Below, in pieces: positions 1-10,546 of a stretch of DNA of 64,000 nt (the first letter of the stretch is position 1; each line of letters starts with the position of its first letter). Origin of the DNA: Neophaeotheca triangularis (Eukaryota). The notes beneath the pieces were generated by a model. The model made no database searches and had not been told where the DNA came from. It saw only the letters and a program-made list of their open reading frames with translations. The stretch spans positions 62,001 through 126,000 of the forward strand of contig BAAIJX010000015.1 in NCBI GenBank assembly GCA_054600435.1, read 5' to 3'. The position numbers were made by a program, and so were the translations under genes.

Positions 1-509
1 ACCTTCGTGAGCTACATGAAAGCATATATACATAATGATAGTTGCATGCTTGACACAACAGAAAACAAGGTCTTTTAGAGGTTTTCAATGTGTAACCAGC
101 AGTAATGTGTCGGTCAGATTATTAGTGCACCAACCGTGAAGCCTTACCACTAGGTATATCAATCACTTCGGGGACTACTGTGGAACGCCTTGAGCCGTCT
201 TTTTCACTACAAATCATATTTCGCCCATAGAGTTACATCTGTCTAGGCTACAGGATGCGTAGGACCCGAGCAAAGATAGACAACTCAATGTTCCCTCCGA
301 GTTTTATCTGTAGGAGTTGAGCCTTGAAAAGGGTGATGTTGTTTTCTCTACATTTCTGAAGCATGTGTCGTCGTAAACCTTGGGTATCGTAAACCACCGT
401 GACCTCTGTGAAAACGCCGTATCCGGATACCTTTCCTTCCCAGGAACCGTTCCGCATGCCTCTCCAGCTCCAGAATGCATGCGAGCCGTCAATTATTCCT
501 CGCCCTCGC

Positions 510-962
510 TCAGTTGGCCTTGTCTTTCGACTGGCAAGCCACAATTTTGACTCGCTCAGCATCCACCGTGTTGTTGTTCTCGAGCTTGAACTTGACATCC
601 TTGATAATAAACGTCCAAACTTCGTCACAGAATCGGTAGGTGTCAAGATGCCCCTGCGAACAAGTCAGCGCCCGAGCAATAGCCATCTGTGCCTCAAGAA
701 GTAACGCACCTTGAACGACATTCTTGCTTTGACCTTGTCACCCAGTACCGACGCTATGGACTGGTCAAAATTGGCCATGATTCGCATTGCAAGTTGGGGC
801 TCGATTCGGCGGCTAGAGATGAGGTCGTCCAGTGTGTCGGCGAGGGCGAGACCGATGCTAAAAGCGAAAGTCAGGCTGAGTAGAAGGTGGGCGAGTGACA
901 AACCTTGCAACTCACGATGTGCCTCTGTAGAGCTCATAGGAGCCCTGCGCTTGAGACGCCAT
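510..962 (-). CDS. TOA2: Transcription initiation factor TFIIA gamma (small) subunit, 3 exons (962-916, 857-710, 653-510)
   Basis: Spliced translation [47 protein letters not shown]...[21 protein letters not shown]...VKIVAC carries the TFIIA-gamma YELYR and [15 protein letters not shown] motifs; GT-AG introns keep the frame. Confidence 0.95.
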
Positions 963-1281
963 CTTCACCACTCACTGAACGTGCTAGTACCAAGCAAGCT
1001 CCGTAGCTGACTTTGTGTTCCGTTTTAACAAAGAGTAGATGACCGTGACTGCAAGCGCAAGTGTTCAATTTCTTGTAGAGGTGTGGTAGTAGTACTTAGG
1101 TAGTAGTTCTCTGGCTCCGACTGTCTGATGTCGAGGGTGAGTGAACGACTTAGTGGCTCGTGCACGCGGGAGGAGCCGCAAGCTGCGACTGCGGCAGTGA
1201 TGAACCACCTCGCAGCATCACTGCCCTAGAGGTACCTCTGCGTCCACAACCACAGAACCCATCCTTGATACAACACCGACC

Positions 1282-2098
1282 ATGGGAGGACTCGCATACA
1301 GCAGCTATGGTGCTGGCACAGCTCTCACAGTCATCGGGCTTTGTAAGATCCCACCGCGCCTGGAGGAAGGGCATGTAGAGCTAACTGGGAACAGACATGC
1401 TCCTGAACGGCGAGGGTGAAGCATTCAACGTACGCATCATATACCAGATGGTTGTGTTGGGCATAATGCTGATTATGACAAGGTCGGAGCCTTCCTCGAG
1501 TCGATATCGCCCGTCGCCTGGGCCTCCACCGGCATTGGTCTCTGCATCGGTCTCTCGGTAGTGGGAGCAGCATGGTCAGTACAAAAGCTGGGATGTTCAT
1601 GGGATATAAAAGGCTGATTCCAGGCTCAGGGGAATCTTCATCACTGGTACCTCCATCCTGGGAGGTGGTGTCAAGGCCCCCAGGATCCGAACCAAGAACT
1701 TGATCTCCATTATCTTCTGCGAAGTCGTGGCAATTTACGGCGTCATCATGTCCATCATCTTCTCCTCCAAGCTCAACAACATCACGGGAGATGCGCTACA
1801 CAGCGGCAGCAACTACTATACAGGATACGCGATCTTCTGGAGTGGGCTTTTGAGCGGCATGTGTAACCTGATATGTGGTGTCAGTGTCGGCATCAACGGT
1901 AGTAGTGCAGCGCTGGCCGATGCTGCGGACCCTAGCTTGTGAGTTGGCCACTCACATCACTAAGCCCGCGAGTAAGCATGCTAACTCAATTCAAGGTTTG
2001 TCAAGATCTTGGTTATCGAGATCTTCTCGTCTGTTCTTGGACTCTTCGGTCTGATCATTGGCTTGTTGCTGAGTGGAGGTGCGAACGACTTCAAGTAA
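1282..2098 (+). CDS. VMA16: V-ATPase V0 proteolipid subunit c'' (5 exons)
   Basis: Exons encode [64 protein letters not shown] and [30 protein letters not shown], typical of Vma16. Confidence 0.95.
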
Positions 2099-2588
2099 AT
2101 TGGTGGGATGGGCGAGTGGGAGAGGGCATTGCGCTGTTCAGGACTGGGGTTGGGACAGATTTGACGTGTCTCGAATTTCGAGGATGCATTAGAAGGCGTT
2201 GATATGGCTGTAGCGAACTATTTGAATCGAGCCGAATATGTATCATAGCATATACGCCCCGCATTGCACTTGAGGTGCAAGGGTCTGGCTGCTACCTCCA
2301 TGCACTGCGCCTGGAGCAGTTCCGAGGCATTTAGTTAAATTGTATAAAGACTGGGGCTGAAATTCAACTCGTGTCCATGACAATCGATACTGTAGATGTG
2401 ATCACTGCAGACCATGGGCTGTTTGCACTGAGTCTGTTATCATACACTGTACGGACAAGTGGGGCTCTCAGAAGGCGTGACTTCCGGATCTGGCGTGGGT
2501 GTACAGATCTACCTCCCAAACGTATAACAACACCAAAAAATAGGCACGACGACTTATGAGGCAAAACCCCTTGCATTGAAGAACGGTA

Positions 2589-4766
2589 ATGGCGACTAGT
2601 CCAAGATTACGAGCCGCTATCTTAATCGTTTCTGAAACAGCGGCCAATGACCCATCTTCGGATAAAGGTATTCCGGCACTCCAGGACACCTTCGAGGAAG
2701 ACGGCGGCGAACGATGGGATGCATCAGAAACGAAAATCGTCCCCGACAACAGCCTCGACATACAACGTGCCATCACGGGTTGGAGTGATGGCAGCGACTA
2801 CTACAACCTCATTGTAACGAGTGGCGGCACAGGCTTTGCTCAGAAAGACACTACGCCCGAGGTAGGCATCTTCAACCGCCACGAAGAACGAAAGGGAGGC
2901 TAAATCATACACATCACAGGCGGTGACGCCGCTGATCCACAAACATGCTCCAGGCCTAGTCCATGGCATGCTTGCCGCTTCTCTAGCGGTTACACCTTTT
3001 GCAGTCATGTCCAGACCAGTGGCAGGTGTGCGCAACCAGACCCTGATATTGACTCTCCCTGGCTCCCCAAAAGGCGCAAAAGAAAACCTGCAGGCCGTTT
3101 TGAAACTACTCCCGCATGCGTGCCAACAAGCCGCAGGCGCAGATTCGCGATCTCTACACAGTGGCGGCGTGTCACAGCTGGAAAAGGACGCTGGAGTTCA
3201 AGGTACGAGCGCGCTATCTTCCGGCGAGAAGGCCAGCCTACCGCAGCACCAACACCATCATCATCATCATAATCATCACCATTCTCTTGGCCACGCGGGT
3301 CCAAAAGCGCACACGGCACCCCAAGACCGTCCCGTCTCCAACGACCCCAACGCAGGCCCGAGTCGTCGCTACCGCGAGTCCCCATACGTCATGGAGTCCG
3401 TAGACGCCGCTCTCGAGCTCATAGCCCAGCATACTCCGACCCCGGACATCATCACTGTACCCGTAAATGAAAACCTCGTAGGAGCTGTTCTGGCAGCAGA
3501 CGTCACAGCCCGCGAAGCCGTGCCAGCTTTCCGCGCGAGCATAGTCGATGGATATGCGATCTTGGCTTCCAAGCATGTGCTTGTAGCCAGCACTAAAGGA
3601 GTGTTTCCAGTGAGTAGTGTCTCTCACGCACAAGCCGGAGAAGGGGAAGCGGCGGAACTCAAAGCAGGGGAGATAGCCAGGATTACCACTGGCGCTCCTC
3701 TACCAGCTGGAGCAACGGCCGTAGTAATGGTGGAAGACACGGTACTCAAAACCAGAACCGACGACGGTAACGAAGAGAAAGAGGTAGAGATTTTGACCGA
3801 CGCCATCGAGCCCGGCGAGAATGTCCGGGAGGTCGGCAGTGACGTGAAAGCGGGAGAGATAGTGATGAAGAAAGGCGAAGGCGTGAGCGCCGTAGGCGGG
3901 GAACTAGGCCTTCTTGCATCGGTTGGAGTTCGTGAGGTTCAAGCCTACAAACGTCCAGTCATTGGCGTTCTCAGCACCGGCGACGAGATTGTGCCGCACG
4001 ACCGCCCTGGGGACTTGAGACTGGGCGAAGTGCGCGACACGAATCGCCCGACACTCCTGACGGCTATAAGAGGTTCTGGCTTCGAAGCCATAGACTTGGG
4101 CATCGCTTCGGACAAGTACGTTTAATCCCACCCTATCCTTTACCAAGCGAAACCACGACAAAACCTTCACAACTAACCCACTCTACTCACAGACCAGGCG
4201 CCCTAGAAAGCACCCTGCGCACAGCGCTCTCCACCCTGGACGTCTTAATAACCACCGGGGGAGTCTCCATGGGCGAGCTGGACCTACTCAAACCCACCCT
4301 CGAGCGCAGTCTAGGCGGCACAATCCACTTCGGCCGCGTGAGCATGAAACCAGGCAAACCGACGACCTTCGCGACCGTGCCGTCCCCGGAAAGAACCGGC
4401 AAGCGCAAAGTCGTCTTCTCTCTTCCCGGCAACCCCGCGAGTGCAGTCGTCACGTATCATGTCTTTGTGCTGCCGAGTTTGCACCAAATGGCTGGCGTGA
4501 AGCCCGTGGGGTTGCCGAGGGTGAGGGTTGTGCTGGAGGAGGGGGTCAGGTGTGATGCTAAGAGGGCCGAGTATCATCGTGTACTTATCAGAGTGGGAGC
4601 GGATGGCGTGCTGAGGGCTTTAAGTACGGGTGGGCAGAGGAGCTCGAGGATTGGGAGTTTCAAGGGGGCGAATGCGCTTTTGTGTTTGCCGGCGAAGGAT
4701 GAGGTGTTGGGGAAGGGAGAGAAAATTGATGCGTTGTTGATGGGAAAATTGATTGGAGGGGAGTAG
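2589..4766 (+). CDS. cnxE: Gephyrin-like molybdenum cofactor biosynthesis protein (MogA G-domain + MoeA E-domain fusion), 3 exons
   Basis: G-domain motifs TSGGTGF..D.TPE and TLPGSPKG; His-rich linker; E-domain motifs FRASIVDGYA, RITTGAPLP, LSTGDE, TTGGVSMGELD, MKPGKP, LPGNPAS; introns near 2862-2920 and 4117-4192. Confidence 0.95.
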
Positions 4767-4800
4767 GTATTGCTGTGGAAATGGTTTTCGAGTGGTCAAT

Positions 4801-5690
4801 CTATACTATTGTCATCCGTCCACGGCCGACTTGAACAGTTTTGCCAATGATCCAGCTTAAATCCTTGCTACAGAGCAGCCCTACAACGTCCGCAACGCCC
4901 TCGTACTTGGCCATGAGCGGCAAGGTCTTGTCCCATTTCACTGCTTCTTGCACTTGGGCAGAGAATCCATTGAAGCCTGCTGTGCTGCCGTGATCTCGGT
5001 CGTGAGCTTCACTGAACCCGCGTTTGCAGTGGTCCCAGCCATAAGCTCGGGCAGGGGTTGCTCGCCTCCAGATCGGTCCGCCCAAGTGAAGATCATCGAC
5101 GCGCTTGTTCCTTCCTCTGCCTAGGACTCGGTCTGCTTTGTTGTCAGGACAAGAGTGAGGGTAGAAGAGAGCTTCTTTCGAAGACTTTTTTTTCGTGTTG
5201 AGGTTTGGAAGCTGAGCTTTCTCTGAGGACAGGTAGATGGTCCGCGAGTCGGCGCGAAACATCTTGCGCTTGACCATTTCCTCAACAACAGCACTAGGCG
5301 TCTCCGTATGCCCGCAATACATTTCCCGCATCACGTAGTCTTGTTCTCCGCAAGCATGAGACCGGCATCGTTGATGAGGATATCCACCAGGCCGGCAAAA
5401 TTTGTCTCGGTAAACCGCGCGACTACGCCCGCATCCTAGCGAGTATATAGAAGTGGTACGTTGGAATTTATCCACCCCACTTTAGGCTGTCGGATTGTTT
5501 TGGCATCGTTATAAAGATCTGGAACGCCGGAGCTGATGGTTTTGCACGCGTACGCCGAGGTGCGACCCCAGCAGATTGCAGCAATTGAACAACTGCGGCT
5601 TTGCTAAGTGAAGGGCAAGGGCCTTTCTAAGGCCGCTCTCGACATTGGGGACTATTGCCACTTTTCCTGACTGTTCTTGTTCCCGGATTT
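4801..5690 (-). pseudogene. Decayed short-chain dehydrogenase/reductase (SDR) gene
   Basis: Collinear SDR remnants in different frames: SGKVAIVPNVESGLRKALALHLAK (broken GKVAIVTGxxxGIG), ...TWAD..GG...MAGTTANAGSV..TTE, and ADVVGLLCSKDLSWIIGKTVQVGRG; frameshifts and stops lie between them. Confidence 0.6.
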
Positions 5691-5991
5691 CAGACTTTCG
5701 GTCTCCGCCATGTCTGATCTCGATCTTCGTTAGGGTGGTCCGGATAGTCCTGAAACAGGTAGCCCAGGGACGGCCCCAAGTTATGTATGCCTTGGGTGTA
5801 GATAGTCGTTCTAGTCGTTCGGAATATGAAGTCGCGCGTTGCAGCTTGCCAAGTTCCGACCAGTCGAATATGCAGCCGGCCTCGCACGCCAACGCACTAT
5901 AGTGGCATCTTAGGAGTAGCACAAAAGGTTTCCGTGGAAGGCTACGCCGCGCTGGTTTTTGTAGCGTGGCGTTTTGTGACGTATGTCTCCC

Positions 5992-6663
5992 TCAGTCTTC
6001 CCCCTCGTCCTCCTCTCCAAAGTCCTCGATTCCCTCTCCCATGCCCACATCATCCTCGTCCATCAACATTCGTTCTGCGCCCCCCACAGCACCAACGGCA
6101 GCCACACCCGCAGACGACTGTGGTGCAGCTATCCTCCCCAACTTCGCATCGGATCCCCTGCCAACAGCGCGCTCGGCCCTCCTGATACTAAGTCTCGCTC
6201 TCCTGATAGCCTCATCTTCAGCCTTCTTGATCGTTCCAGAGACCCGCACGACTTGCATCACGCAAGGCTGATCCACAGGTTTGGGGAGACGAGTGCAGAA
6301 GGTCAAAGCGGCCCAGACGAGTCGGTAGTGCTGGCGAGCGACGCGAATGATTGCCGTGGAGGTTGCGGGGGAGAAGTACTTGACTGTAGCGTTCATTGTC
6401 AATACTCTGCGCAATGATTGAGACGTCGAGTGGGCAGACCTACCTTGCAAACTGGGACCAATCATGCCTGCGCCGTAGTCGCCGAAGAGCTCGGAAACGC
6501 CATCGCGAATGATTCGCACAAGGACTTTGACATCGAAGCGGTCGGAGGAGGGTTGTCGGAATTGCACAATGTGTGGGACTTGCGGTTCGCTTTTGCTGGA
6601 CGTCGGCGTTGGTGCTGGATAGAGGACGTTGACGAGCAGGTAGCGGTATTTGATCCGGACCAT
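5992..6663 (-). CDS. POP5: RNase P/MRP subunit Pop5 (Rpp14/Pop5 family), intron 6443-6384
   Basis: MVRIKYRYLLV, LFGDYGAG, VKYFSPATSTAIIRV, VVRVSGTIKKAE motifs. Confidence 0.95.
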   Translation of the reverse strand: MVRIKYRYLLVNVLYPAPTPTSSKSEPQVPHIVQFRQPSSDRFDVKVLVRIIRDGVSELFGDYGAGMIGPSLQGRSAHSTSQSLRRVLTMNATVKYFSPATSTAIIRVARQHYRLVWAALTFCTRLPKPVDQPCVMQVVRVSGTIKKAEDEAIRRARLSIRRAERAVGRGSDAKLGRIAAPQSSAGVAAVGAVGGAERMLMDEDDVGMGEGIEDFGEEDEGED

Positions 6664-6789
6664 CTTGACTGCCTCACATGCCTAGGTCTCTGCTGTCACT
6701 GTCCTCGTCGACCTCAGCTGTGCTTGACTGGGGGATGTTGTATGTTCAGAGAATCATTGTTGAATCGAGATCTTTGACTGACATTCCGT

Positions 6790-6797
6790 GCTCATCT
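6790..6797. promoter_or_regulatory. PAC-like element (GCTCATCT / AGATGAGC) in the POP5-ESF1 divergent promoter
   Basis: GATGAG core lies between two rRNA-processing genes 272 bp apart. Confidence 0.45.
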
Positions 6798-6935
6798 AAG
6801 TTATGTGAAGTGTTAGGTACGCACGGTGCATCTCGGCTTCTTTCACAGCTCGAGAATTTCTGATCAAGTGAAAGTACTAAGCTTCGTCTAAACTTCCATT
6901 CTATAGATCAAGTCTTCTAATACAAAAGCTACACA

Positions 6936-9134
6936 ATGGCAGATCAACGCTTCAGCGCTCTGTCCACAGACCCTCGCTACCGCCTTCCGAGTCGCAAAGA
7001 AGCGCGCACGGCAGTGGACCCCCGCTTCAAGCGCCTCTTTACCGACCAGGACTTTAGCAAGAAAGCCAAGGTCGATCGCTATGGTAGGAAGTTGAAGGCA
7101 GATACTGGCAAGAAGGACCTCGAGAAGCTCTACCAGCTTGATCAGGATGAGGAGGCCGAACTTCCCAAAGCGCAGAAGAAGAAACCTGCTGTTGTCGAGA
7201 GGGAAGTCGTAGGCAGTTCGGAAGAGGAGAGCAGCGAGGATGGGGACGTGGAGGAGGAGGATGTGAAAGCAACAAAGAGGGATGTTGCCCGAGAAGGCTT
7301 TTCCGAGTCCTCTTGGGAAGAAGAGAGCAGCGAGGAGGAAGATGAGGAGGAGCCAGACTTGGCCGACGAGACTGCAGGTCTTGAGCAGACCGAAGACATC
7401 CCAATGGGAGAGGTGACCCGACGCATAGCTGCTGTGAACATGGACTGGGACAACATCCGCGCGCAAGATCTGATGGCGGTGGCGCAGAGCTTTGTACCTA
7501 CTAGTGGTAAAGTGCAAAGTGTGACGGTCTACCCCAGCGAATTCGGACGGGAACGCATTCAGCGCGAAGAAGTAGAAGGGCCACCAAAGGAGATTTTCGC
7601 AGACAACAAGCGCAATGCCGCTGCCGAGGAGGCCCACGATGACGAAGACAGCGAGGAGGAAGAAGCGCGCATCAAGCAGCAGCTCCTCAAAAACCAAACT
7701 GATGATGGCGAGGAATTCGATACTGCCAAGCTCCGTCAATACCAACTCGAGCGTCTCCGCTACTACTACGCCGTCATAGAGTGCGATAAGAAACCCACGG
7801 CAAAAGCCCTCTACGACGCCATGGACGGCCGCGAATACCTGACAACGGCCAACTTCTTCGACCTTCGCTTCATCCCCGACGACACCACCTTTGATGAAGA
7901 CATGCCGCGGGACGAATGCACAAAACTCCCCAGCGGCTACAAACCCAACGATTTCCGTACCGAGGCCCTCACTCACAGCAAAGTGCGCCTGACCTGGGAC
8001 GACGATGATACCACCCGCAAAGAAGTGCAGAAACGCGCCTTTTCCCGCGCAGAAATGGACGAAAACGACCTTCAGGCCTATATCGGGAGTGACAGCGACA
8101 GCGACAATAGCATGGCTTCCCGAAAATCTAGCGCCGAAGATCGAAAAGCGAGGAAGCAGCAACAGCAGCGGGAGAGGATGAGGGGGTTGCTGGGGCTTGG
8201 CGACGAGAGTGCTCCCAGTGGAAAAAACAAGAAGGACAAGGATGAGCCTGTCGGAGACATGCAGGTTACCTTCTTTTCTGGATTGAGCAAGAAAGACGAC
8301 GCCAAGAACGGGGTTTTTGAAAACGAGCCGCAGGACGAAGAGAGCACGCGAGACCGCTATATCCGCAAAGAGCGCGACCGCAAGCAGAAGCGCAAGGAGA
8401 AGATGAAGGCCGCGCGCGCGGGCGGCGAGGAAGCGGATGAAGAGGCTGCTGCCGACGAGGGCGCTCAGGAAGATGGCAAAGCGACAGCGAACGCCAACGA
8501 AGAAGACGACGACCCCTTCAATGACCCCTTCTTCACTGACCCCTCGGCGGCCGCGGAACAAGAGAAAGCCGCCCGCAAAGCCGACAAGCAGGCCAAACGC
8601 GACGCCAAAGCCAAAGAGGCCGCGGCCGCCGAGAGCCGCAAGGCCGAACTCGAGTTGCTAATGGCGGGCGACAAGGACGATGAGATGAAGCATTTCAACA
8701 TGAAGGAAGTACAGAAAGCGGAGAAGGAAGCGCGACGCAAGGGGAAGAAGGGGAAGAAGGGGAAGCTGCAACAGCAGACCGCGCAGGTTGAGGGTGAGAA
8801 CCAGGGCGACGAGGCCGCAGCTAGGGATTCGCAGGGTTTTAGTGTGAACCCTGATGACGAGAGGTTCAAGGCGCTGTTTGAGAGCCATGAGTTTGCTATT
8901 GATCCTACGAATGCGAGGTTCAAGGGGACGGAAGGGATGAAGAAGTTGTTGGAGGAGGGAAGGAAGAAGAGGAAGGCTGCGCCTGAGGGTTTAGACGGTG
9001 GCGATGGAGAGGTTGCGGAGAGGGAGGGGAAGAAGGCGAAGAAGGAAGGGAAGGGAAAGGGCGGGGACGAGGAGATTCAGGGCTTGCTTACTAGGTTGAA
9101 GGGGAAGGGGAAGGGGAAGGGTGAGAGGAAGTGA
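6936..9134 (+). CDS. ESF1: Pre-rRNA-processing protein Esf1 (NUC153 domain)
   Basis: VDRYGR, TRRIAAVNMDWDNIRA, VYPSEFGRER, LRQYQLERLRYYYAVIEC, FFDLRFIPD, DERFKALFESHEFAIDPT. Confidence 0.95.
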   Translation: MADQRFSALSTDPRYRLPSRKEARTAVDPRFKRLFTDQDFSKKAKVDRYGRKLKADTGKKDLEKLYQLDQDEEAELPKAQKKKPAVVEREVVGSSEEESSEDGDVEEEDVKATKRDVAREGFSESSWEEESSEEEDEEEPDLADETAGLEQTEDIPMGEVTRRIAAVNMDWDNIRAQDLMAVAQSFVPTSGKVQSVTVYPSEFGRERIQREEVEGPPKEIFADNKRNAAAEEAHDDEDSEEEEARIKQQLLKNQTDDGEEFDTAKLRQYQLERLRYYYAVIECDKKPTAKALYDAMDGREYLTTANFFDLRFIPDDTTFDEDMPRDECTKLPSGYKPNDFRTEALTHSKVRLTWDDDDTTRKEVQKRAFSRAEMDENDLQAYIGSDSDSDNSMASRKSSAEDRKARKQQQQRERMRGLLGLGDESAPSGKNKKDKDEPVGDMQVTFFSGLSKKDDAKNGVFENEPQDEESTRDRYIRKERDRKQKRKEKMKAARAGGEEADEEAAADEGAQEDGKATANANEEDDDPFNDPFFTDPSAAAEQEKAARKADKQAKRDAKAKEAAAAESRKAELELLMAGDKDDEMKHFNMKEVQKAEKEARRKGKKGKKGKLQQQTAQVEGENQGDEAAARDSQGFSVNPDDERFKALFESHEFAIDPTNARFKGTEGMKKLLEEGRKKRKAAPEGLDGGDGEVAEREGKKAKKEGKGKGGDEEIQGLLTRLKGKGKGKGERK

Positions 9135-9546
9135 GGTATCTCGTATTTGTAGAGCCTTTGCTCTGAAAAGGGAAGCTCGTATGTTTGTCTACTATGTACG
9201 CTGCTCTCATTCATGCTTCTGGTGGGTATCTTACTTTCCTCTGCTCCATGGCCTCGCGCGTCCGTTTGGGCGTTTCGCGGCATCTTTGAAGGCATTTGCT
9301 GTAAGTCGAGTTCGTGCCATGCGATTCACTCATCGCGAGCACACTTTCGCGAGATGAGGCGCGGAGCTTGCTTCGCGGGCAGCATGTGCTTTGGAAGACG
9401 CGGCTGTCCATGGCTCGGGCTCCAAAGCGCTGCAGCATTCTCCCTCTGCCTCTGCTTCTCCGCCGGGCTGTCCGGCGCGAGCCAAGGCATAGCAGCAGCC
9501 AAAAGATCTATTGTATTCCACGTCAACACTCTGTCGCTTTGATCTT

Positions 9547-10137
9547 TCAAGCCTCGCTTCCACCCTCCTTCATCACGACCTCCGCACTCGTCTCGTCCTC
9601 ACCCTCATCAGCATCGCTGTCGTCGTCCACATCCATAGCCTCGTCAGCGTCCGCGCCATTAGCAGCCTGCTTCTCGCTCACGACCCCCTCCATCAGCTTG
9701 TCCTCATTCTCCGCCTCAACGCCCCCTCCACCTTTTCCGACATGCCCATCCAACGTCCCCTGCCCCTTACCGGCCTCCACCTCCCCATTCCCCTTCCCCC
9801 CCTCCTTGACCCTAGCCTTATACTGCTTAAAAGTGGTGGTCTTGGGCACAACATCACCCAAAAACTCCAGATTCTCGACTCTAGCGACGGCATTGGCGAC
9901 ATCGCGGTACTGCACGTTGCGCCGGGGTTTGCGCTCGGATTTGACAATGTTGTAGCTCTGCTCAACGAGGTGTTGGAGGAACATTTCGGTCGCGACGGTG
10001 ATGACAAAGGCTGCGTTGTTGCTGCAGCTGGCAATGTCGTCGTCGGCTGCGATGATGCGTTTGACTCGGGCGAGGGGCAGGGAGACGCTGCCGGTGATGT
10101 CTTTGGAGGGCGTTATTGGGGTGTTGTTGTAGGGCAT
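9547..10137 (-). CDS. Histone-fold (CBFD/NF-YC-like) protein, DNA polymerase epsilon Dpb3 / CHRAC-like subunit
   Basis: LPLARVKRII...A.F.ITVATEMF...RRNVQYRDVANAV...LEFLGDVVP histone-fold pattern with acidic tail. Confidence 0.8.
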   Translation of the reverse strand: MPYNNTPITPSKDITGSVSLPLARVKRIIAADDDIASCSNNAAFVITVATEMFLQHLVEQSYNIVKSERKPRRNVQYRDVANAVARVENLEFLGDVVPKTTTFKQYKARVKEGGKGNGEVEAGKGQGTLDGHVGKGGGGVEAENEDKLMEGVVSEKQAANGADADEAMDVDDDSDADEGEDETSAEVVMKEGGSEA

Positions 10138-10208
10138 TTTGACAGTCGAGGTTTGGTGCTGATTGAAGTCGGTGGTGGGTGGGTTCCCTTCTGTGGGTCT
10201 AGACTATT

Positions 10209-10312
10209 GCGCGAGCGGGTTGACACGTCGCGCGCGTGCTGCTGAGGTTGTTGAAAGTGGTCGTGAGTGTAGGAGAGGTTCAAAAGGAAGAAGTTGTGGG
10301 GTGGTAGACGCG
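10209..10312. promoter_or_regulatory. Cluster of CGCG/ACGCG (MCB-like) elements upstream of the Dpb3-like gene
   Basis: GCGCG at 10209, CGCGCGCGT at 10229-10237, ACGCG at 10308, all 70-175 bp upstream of the ATG. Confidence 0.35.
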
Positions 10313-10546
10313 CTTGGAATTGATTGAATTGGATGCGGGTACGTGCAGCGCAGCACGGTCGGCCATATCTACGCAAGCGCTGAATACTTACCTGCTTACG
10401 GTACATAACGTTACCTTAGCTACCTTACCTTATCAAGCTCGAGACACCTTCAATAGTACAGCCCACCTCCCGAGTCTCTCCAGCCAAAATATATCAAGAC
10501 GAAGCCGCGCGAGCGACATCTCTTGACACAACAACGACACGATGCG

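Noticed and set aside
6888..8561. 557-aa ORF on the - strand
   Set aside because: Antisense shadow of the charged, codon-biased ESF1 CDS; no recognisable motifs
9213..10245. Several overlapping + strand ORFs (109-244 aa)
   Set aside because: Antisense to the histone-fold gene or in the terminator region; low-complexity translations
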